Shown one piece after another: positions 24,924 to 42,876 of a stretch of DNA of 64,000 bases (within the stretch, counting starts at the first letter, position 1; each line of letters opens with the position of its first letter). The notes below the pieces were generated by a model. The model ran no database searches and had not been told where the DNA came from. It saw only the letters and a list, made by a program, of their open reading frames with translations. Source of the DNA: Eledone cirrhosa (Eukaryota); assembly GCA_964016885.1 (NCBI GenBank), contig OZ024740.1, forward strand, positions 92,442,001-92,506,000. The letters are read 5' to 3'. Position numbers and translations under genes: made by a program.

Positions 24924-26368
24924 TAACATATTTGTTTCGACACACGATTTCATATGAAAAACTTCGCAAAACAAATATATATATATATATATAGAGAGAG
25001 AGGAATAGAGAGAGTGAGAGAGAGCGAGAGAGCTCAGAAGTAGTGATATCGAAAAGTGCTTTCTCTAGGATACCGTTTGAAATATTCGCAATTAAACACG
25101 CGCGCGCACACACACACATACACACACGCATACCCGCACTCACACGCACTCATATATATATATACAAATATGTGTGTGTTAATTTGTGTGATTTTCTTTG
25201 CGTGCGATTTTATATGTATGTACATGCATATATTAACATATGCACATACATTCTTATCGTAGATGTCATCGATTAACAATAATCCTCAATATGCCTTTTA
25301 CTTTAATAAGTAACAATGCAAAATCGGAAATCAAATCTGTTTCACTGAAATTAACATTTATGGTATCGTTTCTGTTTTCTAGTATGTGAAGTTTAAACAA
25401 TATAATTATGCGGGTCACCTTTGCTTCGACTCGAATTATTCAATGTAATTCATTTATGGCGATTTAATCATTTATATACATTTTTTCTTTCGCAATTGCT
25501 TTGGGCTTCGCCAATAGTGAAATCACAATGAGTAATGTAATACTAGAAATTGTTGTCAGTTTAATTATATTGATATATCGAAGTTTGATTATTTGAATTT
25601 TTCTTTCGGCATCTAGAACATAATTGAATTATAACAACATTTTGAGAGTGCAAATAATCTCGAGGCAATTTGAAATAAAATTAATAATCATTAGAATTTT
25701 TAAAAAATGACACACTATATTGACACTAGGACATTTCACTCCACATTCTTGAGAAACGTGAAAGATACTCACTCTGTGTGAGTTGATTAAACTATGAAAT
25801 ATTCCTTCTTATATCGTATTTGCAACAACACCGATCGCTATTTTTCATTCATATATGCTTTTCCTTTCGCTGTGACCTGTCATTTTATCTTACCTTACTG
25901 CTATCCTCTTTCTCTCTCCCCCTTCTCTCTCCTTCTCCCTCTTAGTTTCACTCAGCCGCTCTGCTAGTCACCCTCTCTCGGCTAGCCTCTTCATCACACT
26001 TTCACTCACTCACTCTCTGCTACTCACCCTCACTCTCATTTCCTCCATCGTCCCACGAAATACAAAATTCTTTCCTCGCTCACATTCGCACGGCCAAGAT
26101 TTGTATTTTGCCTTCTCGTCAATATTCGCAAGTTCTTGTTAAAAATGAATCATTGACTTGATTTTCTAATTTTTCCTCTCTTTACGTTGCCTCACCATTC
26201 GTGCTTGTTTACCAGTCTCTCTTTCTACACCCAACTCTTTTTATCCCAATAACTTAATTTAGTCATTGTATTGCCCTAGCCGAAGGAATATGGCCTGTAA
26301 TGCGAAGAAATACCTATGATGGCTAGTAGACCACTGATGATGGATAGTCCTGGCTTCTATTTCTAATT

Positions 26369-26405
<37 letters not shown>

Positions 26406-27549
26406 CCTGTGGGTACGTGGCGGGGGGGGGGGGGTAGAGACATAGAGATAGCGAGAGAGAGTTACGTCTATGAGGGTGTGTGTGTACCACTCCGTACAAA
26501 TGTGTTTGTAATTAAGGGTGTCAATTACCCCATATTCAAAAGAAATGCACCCAATCTACACCAGGCTCATCCACAACATTACGCAAACATAGACACGACA
26601 CATATATTCGATTACATCGACAGACCAGTACAGGTCAAGGAAGAACCACACGTATCATGTTGTTTTGATTCATTGATATGCCCCAGGCTGATAATTGGTG
26701 TACATCGCTTTAGGTGCCTGGAAGCATCTCTGGGAGCATATCACCTATTACTGTAAGTGGGCAAGTGGAACGGCATCATAGACGAACGCTGTAATTGTGT
26801 GTGAGAAGTAGTTACGAACGAGGGGAGGATGCAAAAGCCGCAAGTACTTTATCCGTGTGACACATACCGACTAGATTTCCTTAATGCGCATTTCTGGACC
26901 TGGAAGAACTATATAATGCCATCTACATCGTGTAAAGATACTTATTTATTATTAGGACAGTAGATAAGTTTATTATATCTTGAGCACTTTTCCGAACGAT
27001 CACCTATTTAGATCACATTTTTGTGGTGCGCATGGTCAATCTAGATACATTTTAATGGCTCGTTACTAAAAGCACAACACGTTATTCCCGACACGTACAC
27101 CTAACATGGAAAGGGGCACAATTTTAGTTAAGTGTAAGTTGTCAAGGTTGTTCGAAAATAACAGTGGTTGTTGTGCTCCCAAGAGAGAGATTAGAATAGT
27201 TTGAATAGATGTTTAAACAAGTAGCATTATGAAAACACATAAAGGAGAAGGTGATATAAGCTAAACGAGAAGAGGTGCAATTAGTGAGAATGGTATTACA
27301 CCATTTCTTCAATGCGAAACACGATGGTGGCATTCTAAGGTATAAGACACGAACTGTAAGTCAGGAGGGAACGAAATATGTTACTTGAGTCCGTGTGGCC
27401 GTGGACAGTATGCTGAACAAGACAACCATACAATTTATGCGATATATCATAGTGAGTATAGGATGTAAACCTAGTTTCGATGTGTGATATGATCAATTTA
27501 GATATATCGAGATCTTTCGATGGTATCGACCATCAAAACTTGGGAGGCT

Positions 27550-28240
27550 GTGCTGATGGCAGTTGGATTTGGTACCGTCTTCAGAGGCTGGATCGATGCA
27601 ATTCACAGCAGCATCTGCTCAGTTGTTAAAGTATCTGGCCACATTTTCGGAAGGTTTTACATCTAGCGATCGGTCTTTCAAGATTGCCCTCCCCCTCCCT
27701 TATGTACGTATTGTCTCTCAAGTTTATTTTCATTACTGCAGAAACTGAAGCTATAGTAGTTCGTCCCTCTCGAACCACGACGAGCAAAAACTGCGTCAGC
27801 ATATGTAGACGAGTTCTCTGTGGAGTGGTCGAACACCTCACTGATTAACGTGGTCAAGGAAGGGCAGGAAGCTCTCCTCTGTCAGGTGTCTATGGTGAAA
27901 GTGGATGTGTGTTTGATGAGGCATATATGATTGAAGACAGACACATTTCGCTTCCGCCAATCGCTCAACGTTTACAAGTTTCGCGTGGAAACGAGGGTGA
28001 GGATTTAGAAGGACGTACAGGCCTGCCCCCGCTGATGCTCTCCAGTTGTGGGGTTGTTCAAGATTAATGGAATTCATGAGACGCCAATGGGTGTTCCTTC
28101 CCCTATTGAGAGATTTTCCTTTTTGTAATACATTTGTTTATTGCTATTGTTTTTATATTCATTAACTCGATGTCAATGTAACTCCTGATTGTCCCTGTGT
28201 GTTTTATTTTCCGCATAAGCACTTGTGTCCAATAAAGAAG
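27550..28240 (+). pseudogene. Degenerate 3' end of a Tx1/L1-like LINE
   Basis: Weak motifs (KIALPL; EGQEALLCQVSMVKVDVC) and a terminal AATAAAGAAG. Recognised by resemblance only. Confidence 0.35.
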
Positions 28241-28261
28241 TTGTTATATATATATTATAAT

Positions 28262-28392
28262 TATTGTTTTCAACTTTTCAGCACAAGGCCATCAATTACC
28301 TCAGTGCATTACTTGTACTTTATTTTATCGACACCGTAAGGATGAAATACAAAGTTAACCTCGGCGGGATTTGAACTGATAACGTAAAGGGC
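28262..28392 (-). mobile_element. SINE, 5'-truncated
   Basis: Reverse complement of the SINE core and tail. Confidence 0.78.
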
Positions 28393-28419
28393 AACAACTC
28401 CATGATTATAGTTATAGTT

Positions 28420-29560
28420 TTTTTTCTTTTTGTTCAGCTCTTCTAATACTGAAAATGTAGCTCTTCTCTACAAGTGAACAGAGGTAGCACCCCTTATTTT
28501 TCGAGTAGCTTCCAGATTATTCGCTCTGTTCCAAGCAATGCTGTCCTTTGTAAGTGTTCGATCTGTATGTCTATTCCTACTTTTTTTTATGTAGTTCTCG
28601 ATATCTTTATTAACATTTTAAGCACGCTATTCAGTGACCACGACTGCTTAACCTCCCAAGCTAATCTGCCATTTCTATGAAAGTTTTTTCTCTTTTATCT
28701 TATGAATTGTTATCTGCTCGACAGGCTATGCCTATGTTCAAACGTTCTTTGAATTCTTATCTTTTAATGCAATATATGTTATTCTATGCTCAATCTCGCG
28801 ACGAACGTTCTGGAAGGACCTGATGGCAGTCAACATCACCTGGCACGGTCTCGAAAATGTTGCCACTGATCGTGACCGTTGTCGAGTATTTACTGCTCGA
28901 TGCGCCGAACGGCTAGGACGAATCTACGACTAAGACTATGCTCAATACTATAGTCAAACAAATGTTCTGCTGTTTCGAGTGGATATTTTCCACAAAATGC
29001 CCACCTTGCTATTTTGTCGTGACGTCTCTCATATTCTTTCTCGGCTATAGGTGTGGTAATATGTCAAATAGTTCCTCCAGTTTACACTTATCACTTTCTT
29101 CATTGTGGTCTATTCTATACTTAATGTAATTCGTTTTTAGTGCTTGTTCATGAACAGGATTCTTTTTCCAGTTTTAGATCAATTTTAGCCATACGTAAAC
29201 CTCATTTCTTCTCTGTTTCCTATCTACACAACTTCTATGAAATTATCGATACACACTTTTTTCCTGTCCATCTAATTAGTTTCATCCATTTTCAAGTGTA
29301 TCTTTGTACTGTGTTTCGTTTTGCAATATTCTATGTTGCCAAGCTCTGACACCCTTACTTCCATCAACAAGTTTTATGTTGAATTTGTTATGCACCGCGA
29401 CGTGTTATTTTCTTCTCGACTAGTGCTGTCTTCGCACCCAATCAGTCTCTTCCTCCACTTTTTTATTGTTATACCTTTACTGTCTGTGTCGCTTCTTGTG
29501 TGAAATACCCCATATCTAGTCATTATCTTTCTATTTTTGGAATATGCTTTTAGAGAGTGT
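28420..29560 (-). pseudogene. R4/Dong-like RLE non-LTR retrotransposon, 3' remnant
   Basis: Minus-strand translation: IAEKEYERRHDKIA, IACRADNN and C-terminal HLQRTALLGTERIIWKLL*. Confidence 0.65.
28795..28935 (+). mobile_element. Short 5'-truncated RTE-like LINE 3' end nested in the R4/Dong remnant
   Basis: 11 bp TSD CTATGCTCAAT at 28784-28794 and 28936-28946. Encodes KDLMAVNITWHGLENVATDRDRCR. Short CTAAGA-type tail. Confidence 0.7.
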
Positions 29561-30329
29561 GAGTGTGAGCCTTTTAATTTTAATGATCTTAAGATTCTAG
29601 GATTTTTTCCTTTTTTTCATCTTCTTATATACACACTCACACTCTCTAAAACCATATTCCCAAAATATAATTTCTTTTACTACTGTTACTACTTTTATAC
29701 TATTGCCAATCCCATATAATTTGTCTCTGGCTTACAATTCACCTCTTCACCACACCCATCTGAACTCTTGACAAGTCCATTTCCACAATTGAGATACACA
29801 CACATATTTACAGAACATTTCCTTTGACCATAAAAGCGATTTTGTTCTATATGAGAAAACACACCTACCACCACTGCTGCTGCTAAAATCATGGCTACAC
29901 ATCTCTCTCTCTGAACACAAAAGTTCATTTTCCAGTCTCCTTCTCAACAAGGAAGATAAAAAGGACTTACTGCAACACATGATTCAACATTTTTTATTTT
30001 TAGTTTTTAATTCTCATTAATTTTATTTAATTTTAATACTCAACATTTGATTAGATCAATATTACTGATACATCGAAACCGGTTATAAATATTATACTTT
30101 ATATACATTATAAAACTATTTTTTAAAAGAATGGTTCCTCTCATTTTTTCAATAATTTCATTTTGAGAATCATAGAAATGAAAAAAAAGAAAATCATATA
30201 CTTAAAAATAGTTTCCGTAATATTTCCACTTACTCTCTTTCTCTACAACCACTCTTTTGTAAAGAACCTTTCTTCCCTTTTCAAATATATGTATATATAT
30301 ATATATATGTGTGTGTGTGTATATATATA

Positions 30330-33540
<3,211 letters not shown>

Positions 33541-33544
33541 TTTT

Positions 33545-34555
33545 AAATCATGTGTACAGAATTATTAGATAAACAAAATATATACTCCATTTCCTGTGCC
33601 AAACAGCACAATCAACCATATAAAAAATCAATTATACTAAGCCATAAGGATAAAAGCTCCTATGAAGAAATCTCCGACAAATAAACGAGAGTGGCTTCTT
33701 CGCGGTATCCACAGCAGGTTATTTATCCAACATTTTGACAGCATGCATAAATCGACCAAGTAAATAATTAACCATATGCAATTCGGTGTAAAATCAATCA
33801 TAGAAGAACTGTGTACATACCGTAACTATATGCCTACCATGGTTTCATCCGTATTTTTATATATCCTATTAATAGGAAATCCATTGAGTTTGGAATCATC
33901 AGAAGATAAACTCAAAAATAGACACTTAGTATTCCAAGCCGATCGCGCCAAAATTGGATTCAAAAATGGCTAAGAATCACACTATGGCCGTGGTCAAGTT
34001 GGAAAGAATGTGATTGAATGTTGACGGCGTGTAGGCCTGTCGCTCGAAAGCGCAGCCAAATATCGCCAAATTTAATCTCAACCTTACGGGAGATTATTAA
34101 ACATAAAGGTTTACATATACATAAATGTATATATGTTACAACCGGTCACTTTTTAGCTCTATGAAGAATTAATAAATTAAATACTCAGAGCAGTATATTA
34201 TTATAAATCATGTCTACAGAATTATTAGATAAACAAAATATATACTCCATTTCCTGTGCTAAACAGCACAATCAACCATATAAAAAATCAATTATACTAA
34301 GCCATAAGGATAAAAGCTCCTATGAAGAAATCTCCGACAAATAAACGAGAGTGGCTTCTTCGCGGTATCCACAGCAGGTTATTTATCCAACATTTCGACA
34401 GCATGCATAAATCGACCAAGTACATAATTAACCATATGCAATTCGGCTATTTATAATAATATATTGCTCTGAGTATTTAATTTATTAATTCTTCATAGAG
34501 CTAAAAAGTGACCGGTTGTAACATATATAAATTTATGTATATGTAAACCTTTATG
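33545..34555 (-). mobile_element. Family-3 unit in partial tandem (660 bp period) plus a short inverted piece
   Basis: 33545-33787 recurs at 34205-34447. 34460-34555 is inverted relative to 34105-34200. Confidence 0.85.
33831..33906 (-). ncRNA. Type I hammerhead
   Basis: Minus: CTT CTGATGA tTCC...GGAt GAAA CCATGG TA GG; stem I weak. Confidence 0.75.
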
Positions 34556-35320
<765 letters not shown>

Positions 35321-38300
35321 AAACGGAAAAAATGAAACTAAATTTCATTTATCACACTTAGTACGGCTGTTACTTAAATATAAGTACGTGTACGTATATA
35401 CATATATGTATACAGACGTACAGTAGTATGTATATATATATACATACATGCACACATATATATATGTACGTACGGATTTACCGAACATTTATTATAATGC
35501 TCGTTGTGTTTGTAAACAAACATCCCGAATTAAGCCGTACAGTGTTTAGCAACCATCGTTTCCCTTTTGTCCAACATTGACTAAGGAACCATGTACTGTG
35601 GAATTAATTCAGAACCATAATCATCATATAATACTGAATACGAACCATCTATAGAAATATGAAATCAAATTATGGTTAATTGTCAATTGTTTATTTCGAA
35701 TACGTAAAACACAAAAGAAAGAAAGCAGAAAGGAAAAAAAAAGAATTTATTTATATCCTCTCGATTGCACGGTATTTCATATTTGGTATAAGAATACGGC
35801 TATCTGCGCTTCCATGCATGTGGTTGTATACTGAGGAAGGTTTCCAGTAGCGGATAAACTATTGAATAGAATGTAGTTCTATTACACTCCAAAGGAAAAT
35901 AAATACTTTGAATGTTAAACTAAAGGCGCGAACTTCATGTAGTTTGAACTGTATATCATATTTTGCAAACTCGAGTTCACTATCAACGGTAAACTTGGAA
36001 ATGTCACAGCGTTAAATAGAAAAGCCACATAAAATATAATAGAGTTTAAAATATCAAGTTTCAGAATTTCCATAATCGTCTTTTTTCAAACAAACTGAAA
36101 TCAAATATACTTTTCAAAAAACATAATTGAAAATAAAATGTTAGCTTCCAGATTGTTTAAAATCATTAAAATATATTTATTTCATTTAGAAAATATTGTA
36201 TCCGAATTTTAATATATATATATATATATATGGTAAAGCATAAAACTAAAGATAACACTTATGACAAGCTGACATGATTGGCATAGAACAACTCATTCCA
36301 CATTTTGAGGTTGTTCATATTTTGATTTTAAATTTATACTATAAATATGAAAATAAACAATGGAATTGTGGAAAATATTAATTTTATAAGACGTCAAATT
36401 TTAACTCCCATAAAATATTTATTAAATATATTTTTCTATTATTTACATACACATGACTCATTTTTATTCAATCTGATAATCCCGTTTTATTGTTTTAAAG
36501 AGCAATGAATAAGTTTATTTTTCACATGACAATTAAATCTTCATATTGATTTTCAATAATAAAATCAGATGCCTGATATTATGACACAGTAAACTTTGAG
36601 TGGGAAGTGTATCGATGTTATCACATTCAAATTTAAACAATTAAATCTAGCATCAAATCATGCTACACAGACGTTGATATCATTATAATAGTCTACGCAC
36701 ATACAATGGTATTAAAAATGGTTCCTTTAATGTTACTTATGGAGAGACGTCGCCTCTCGCCTATTCTAACTTACCATCTTAAACAAAATGCTTCCCAATT
36801 GATTGAATAGTTTGCATTGTCACTAAATTCATATAAGAAATGCACTGATATCAGAGAATATATTTTATAATTCTAAACGAACATTCTAGCATCAAAAGAT
36901 ACACAATTGTTAACCAAATGCATCTTATAATTGGCCACACGATAACCGTATTCTTTGCCCATATTAAATCATTTAGCCCGTCCAACATTTCACTACAATT
37001 GATAATATTGTTAATAATTATAGCGCAATTTTATGCCGTATGCAATGAAAACCAAAACGCCAACCCACCATAAAAAATGAAGGCAACATTCTGAAATACT
37101 CATAAAATATATTTCTAATTAAATATAAATACTTGAGTTATTTAAGGGCTACGTGTATGTATATGCATATATAGTGTACAAGAGTAATTCATAACTAATA
37201 AAATAGATAGAAAGGTTAGTATAAAATGCATACTTCCCTTCTTTGAGGGAATGTGGGTGTACAGCTGGTGCGTATATAATTCCGAAAGACTCAATAAGTG
37301 TATATTTTATGTAGCATTGCAATATATGGAAAACTTCGTAAGTTTAACTGCGTTTTGTTTAAAAACTACTATGATTGAATATGTATCGATATTGAGTTTA
37401 GTTCTCAATTAAATAGTCGTCTGTTAGCAGTTACTAGTGTAACAATAAACTATATTCTACATACATCGATTATCGTTGTATGTATTATAATTATAGTACA
37501 AACAATGCAGAAAAAGGATCATATGTATTATATTAATTTCCCTATGATCTTGCCATTCCTACACAAAGCGTGCCATACACAATGAACAAACACCATTACG
37601 CATATGAAAATATCAAAAACTGAAAGAAAAAAAATTCAAAGATGAACAGAATAATGAAAGATATATTTGCCCGAACATACAATGTTTTGCTGGTTGGAAC
37701 AACATTCCCCTGAATTATTGACTTAACAATTATTCCCACGTTGAAGCAATACTTGATTAGATAGCACTGTACCAAGTTGTAATCCCTAGTGGTGATGGAA
37801 AGAAATATAACTTTATTTTCTATTTGATTTCCCTACTGAGTCACCTCGTATTTGTGTTTGCCTATGTTCTAAGACGTGTTATACAAATATTGATAACATT
37901 ATGTGCAGCAATTAGTCACCTTCCTCTCCACATACCACGTTCTTTATTTAATATTTCTGGTTCACCTCTCGCATATCTTTGAATCCATTACGAGATAAAA
38001 AGCAACCGATTGATAAAAGTATGCAAAAAATAAAGGGAAAATAGTGAGCAATAATTGGTGCGGTACAAAGAGATGTGAGTTCGAATCCTACTGTCAAAGC
38101 TGTTTGATAACTTTCGCATCCGGAAGCGTGTAAACCTTCCTGTTAAACTTTGAATATTAGTCAATAGACCTGGGTTGAATCTTCTAACTGTAAATTAATT
38201 TCAATAATGTAGATATATGTATATTTAGCTGTCGAAACGGCCGGAGCTCAGCCGTCGGGGTCATAACTACTACAAAGACACACGCACATACGCACACACG

Positions 38301-38324
38301 CACGCACGCACGCACACACCCACG

Positions 38325-38434
<110 letters not shown>

Positions 38435-38881
38435 ACGTTTAAAATAGAAATGGCTTCTACAGGTTTAGAACTATTCAAAAAAATGAAATCTTCCGGAAAG
38501 CCAACTGATCTCATAAAATAGTTGTATTTATATATTTTCTGTATCTGGAGGTTGGGAAAGGTGGTGAATTTGGGAATGGATATAGGTAATTGGCTATGGA
38601 ATTATAAAGAAAAGGGTTAGTTTGAAAATATCATCTTACACAATACACAATAATACAGGGGCACAGATAAAAGGCAAATTTACCATTCATACTCACGTGC
38701 CCATACACACACATACACCGGAACACAATCACGCTTGAAGGGTTCTATACAAATGGATTTTATGAGTGGCTGATTATTGTTATGCTCTTGCCAAGAATCA
38801 TTGGCATCAATGGGTAGTGACACCAACTAAATCAATTAGTGATGAGGGTGGTGGTATTCTCAACTATGGCGACACACGCAT

Positions 38882-38928
<47 letters not shown>

Positions 38929-39316
38929 GACGCTATTGTGTTATTGAGCAAGACAATTTATTTCAAGTTGACCCAGTCCACTAAGCTCTAGAAATAAGTT
39001 ACGACGTCACTACCGCCAAGTTGTATCGCTCATTGCATTTCATTTTGACAACATTTATGGCGTGGAAAAGGGAGGCTGGTAGGTATGGGCGACTGTTGGT
39101 CTGTCAAAAAACACCCATGCCCTGATTTGTGCCTCGAGTAGGACATTTTTAGGTGCAAATCCCATGGTCATTCGTGAACGACCATGGTGTTACCCTTTAC
39201 ACACACACACACACTCGCGCAAACTAACACATACGCACGCACACATACACAAACACACGCACACACACACACACACGCACACACACACCCATATGTATAT
39301 ATATATATATACATAT

Positions 39317-39400
39317 AACGAAGGAAATGTGGTAAGGAACAAGATGGACCATAATTAGTAGTCCAGAATTAGCCGTCGAAACGGCTTGAGCTCAGCCTCG
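39317..39400. mobile_element. Tiny inverted remnant of the family-1 Naiad pLTR between microsatellites
   Basis: AACGAAGGAAATGTGGTAAGGAAC (minus-strand 3' end) fused to GTCCAGAATTAGCCGTCGAAACGGCTTGAGCTCAGCC (plus-strand HHR half). A related half-HHR lies at 38225-38262. Confidence 0.8.
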
Positions 39401-39407
39401 TTCCTAT

Positions 39408-39467
<60 letters not shown>

Positions 39468-39508
39468 GAATAATCGAGAATCGGAAAAACAGCTCACGAA
39501 TTAGCTGT

Positions 39509-39557
<49 letters not shown>

Positions 39558-39974
39558 CAGCTTCCGTGAAGCATTGTTTAATAGGTAACACAAAATTAAA
39601 CTCTGAAGATCAAAACGATGTGTATGGTGAATGTTAAATTGCCAAGATGGATGACAAAATAATCTTTCCATAGCAACTTTAACGATCCCAAATATTTTCG
39701 GGTTTAAAACCCATTATCGAGGCAGTTACCCTAAGAGAGACTTAAACATCGATCGTATAGAGTTGCTTGTACGGAATCAGAATTACGTGAAATGAAATGA
39801 AAACACGTTAAAATTTCGAACGTGCGAGTTGTGAAATGTATGATATATGCATGTGTATGTAGTGAAATATGTATGTGAATATATATATATAATAAAACGG
39901 GAACAATATGTCTGCGATATATATGAGTTTGTGAGTCTAGTGAGGACATATATTTAATTTGAAAGAAAGAAAGA

Positions 39975-40640
39975 ATGAAACTGGCCGTTGTTGGAATATC
40001 GGTGGGAATATCGGCTTTTAAATTAGCGATGTTGGTGCACTTCTTTCCATTCGATTATTGATCCTAGGTTTTAATTGCTTGATTAAGAAGTCTTCCTTAA
40101 TTCTTAGCGTGAATATTCTGCGTTCGGTAGCTAAGATTGTTAGACTTGTTACATTCTAACCTGTACACTATGTAGGATCGTAGGCAACAGTTAGTGTTGC
40201 AGATAGGGCATCCACATATCTAGTGAAGAATGCACCAGGTGTCACAGGAGCTGAGTACTCGGCATTCAAGTCTGGTCATATATGAAATGGGCACTAAACC
40301 CAATATGCTGGATCCAACGCTTAGTCCAGAGGTCTGTCAGTAGGTTAGTTCCAGGAAGTTGAAAAAGGCGTTGCTTAAAATGATAGATAGGCGCTGGAGG
40401 ATGTCGGTGGTGGTGAGGCCGAAACGATCCAGGTCGCTGAAACAGACACGTTCAGTGAGTATTCCACTGCCGGGAGTGCTGGTACCGATGTGTAGAGTGA
40501 TACTACATCTAGGCTGAAGGCATACCTCTTGGATTTGAGGGAGTAAAGTTCTAGTTTGTTGAGTCACTGGATAACACACTCCGAGATGTAGATGTGGCAA
40601 TTTGACATTCTCCATACGCATTGGGCTTCAAAATTTAAAT
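39975..40640 (-). pseudogene. Degenerate PLE GIY-YIG remnant
   Basis: Minus translation LTILATERRIFTLRIKEDFLIKQLKPRINNR, preceded by QHIG. Confidence 0.6.
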
Positions 40641-40645
40641 GGTAT

Positions 40646-40769
<124 letters not shown>

Positions 40770-40819
40770 TATTAATGAAAAAGAACAAAGGAACTATTAT
40801 GACATTACAACAAGTTTAT

Positions 40820-40865
40820 TGCCGACAGCCGTTTCGTCAGATCGTATGGTGGGTTTTTCAAGGCA
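40820..40865 (-). ncRNA. Minimal hammerhead, U3-A8 core, stem II decayed
   Basis: Minus: TGCC TTGAAAA acccaccatacgatctgac GAAA CGGCTG TC GGCA. Confidence 0.65.
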
Positions 40866-42482
40866 TATAACATGTGATTGTAAGTTCATTATTTACATCA
40901 ACGTATCACTTAAGACTAGCAGTTTGAACTTGTGGTATACATCAGCAGCTCCGCTTGTATATTTGGGGTCTATATTCTAAGGGGGGTCCTTTATATTAGT
41001 TGTCGGAATTGTAAAAGGGATGGGTTATGGGGAGTTAAGAGAATTTGAAAATGTCCTTGAGAGTCAGGGGTTGAAGGTTAAAAATTAGATAATTTATAAT
41101 TTACGCATTAAAAGTAAAAGACTTGGGATCTCGTAGAAGCACCCTAAAAAATCCCTCAATAAGTGCATAAAGCTTACAAGCCCCAATAAATTTAACAAAC
41201 TAGAAGAGATTAAGAGACTAATAAAATAAAAAATAAAAATAAAGATATAAAGTTTCCCTAAAAACTATAAAGTTTCCCAAGAAGTTCCCCCGAGAGAAAA
41301 AAATTTCTTTCGAAAGAAAAAAACCTTCTTCCCCAGAGATCTCGTTAAACATTTTTCGAAAATTTTCGAAGTTTTGAGCCTTTAAGGATATGTATAAACG
41401 AATTGGGGAAAATTATAAATTAAAAGTAAAAAATTACGGTATTTGGGATATCTGAGGAATTTTGAAAGAGCTGGTTCAACAGATATAAGTTAGGTATAAT
41501 AGATGAAATAATTTAAGTAATTTAAGTAATTTAATTAGGGAGCAATTCAAATGCTAATTACTGGCATTGTGCCAAAAGTAGAAACAATTATCTGATTTTT
41601 ATTCGTGATTTTATTATATTATATTGATGGTTATCTTGATGGCAGCGAGTACACACATTTGTTCATCAGGTAACACATGAGTGCGATAATCCAATACCTG
41701 CCCAAATCATCAATCCCGTGTATTTAGTTATGAAATATTATGGGGGTGATTTGAACAAAATTAAATAGTAGAAAATATCAAATAAGATGTAATGTAACTT
41801 GGGTTTCAGAAAGGAATATTATAGATGCTCTCTTTCCAATGAACTAGCTAAATGATAGCCGCAAAAACTAGCTTTGCTGAATTTGGATGTGGCCTTTGAC
41901 AAACCCATCTGTTATTCAGTAATCTGTAACGAAAGGGCCTTTATACAAATGGCCTGTGAGTACAGTATGAGAAATATACAGATTTACCTGTATTATGATT
42001 ATCATAATTCTCCAGACTATGATATTGACTGCGCATGGGCAATGTTGGTGAGGTGGTTCTTATAATTGAAACTGTAGAAATGCTTGAACCTCAATACTTA
42101 TTGCTGAAATATAATCTAGAATCAAATTAATCAGCCTAACAAATGCCAACTTTTTTAAAAAGAAGAAAACAAAGAAAACAAGGAATCTATAGGAGATATG
42201 CGCCTGATATAAATGTAGAAATCAAGTAGGTAGAAATTCCGTATGCACAATACAATGCGTGGGTACAGAAGACCTGTAGTTCGCTTAACATATGTGTAAG
42301 TGGTATCTGCCTATGCATAGATGATAGTATGAGCATAAATATTTGTTGAAGTCTTTCCAGAATGTAAGCTACTAGAGTTACGGTTTTAACTTGATCCTAG
42401 CAACACACACACACACGCACGCCCGCACGCACACACACGCACATACACACATACACACACATACCCCCCCCCCCACACACAC

Positions 42483-42515
<33 letters not shown>

Positions 42516-42725
42516 CATATATATATATATATATATTTATATTCATATATATAACCGCAAATATATACATATACATAACCGCAAATCATGAACGAGCCCA
42601 ATCCTAGGGAGATGCAGAGAACGTATCGCGAGATTTTTTAAATCTACTTCGATGCATAGCCGTTTCGCCTTGTTCATCTAGCAAGGGGTCCGCAACATAA
42701 CTCTCTTTCTAATATATCTAATATC

Positions 42726-42845
<120 letters not shown>

Positions 42846-42876
42846 TATTGAAGTTTGCTTGAAGCATTTTGGAATA

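Noticed and set aside
26334-26352. CTGATGA TGGATAGTCC
   Set aside because: No downstream GAAA or stem III. The same applies to CTGATGA at ~46271 and on the minus strand at ~18180.
30045-30090. TTGATTA GAT...ATC GAAA CCGG TT, HHR-like
   Set aside because: The 3-8 pair is not compensated and the stems are weak. Too degenerate to call, as are similar motifs at ~27510(-), ~38455-38505(-), ~42655-42700(-) and ~57245.
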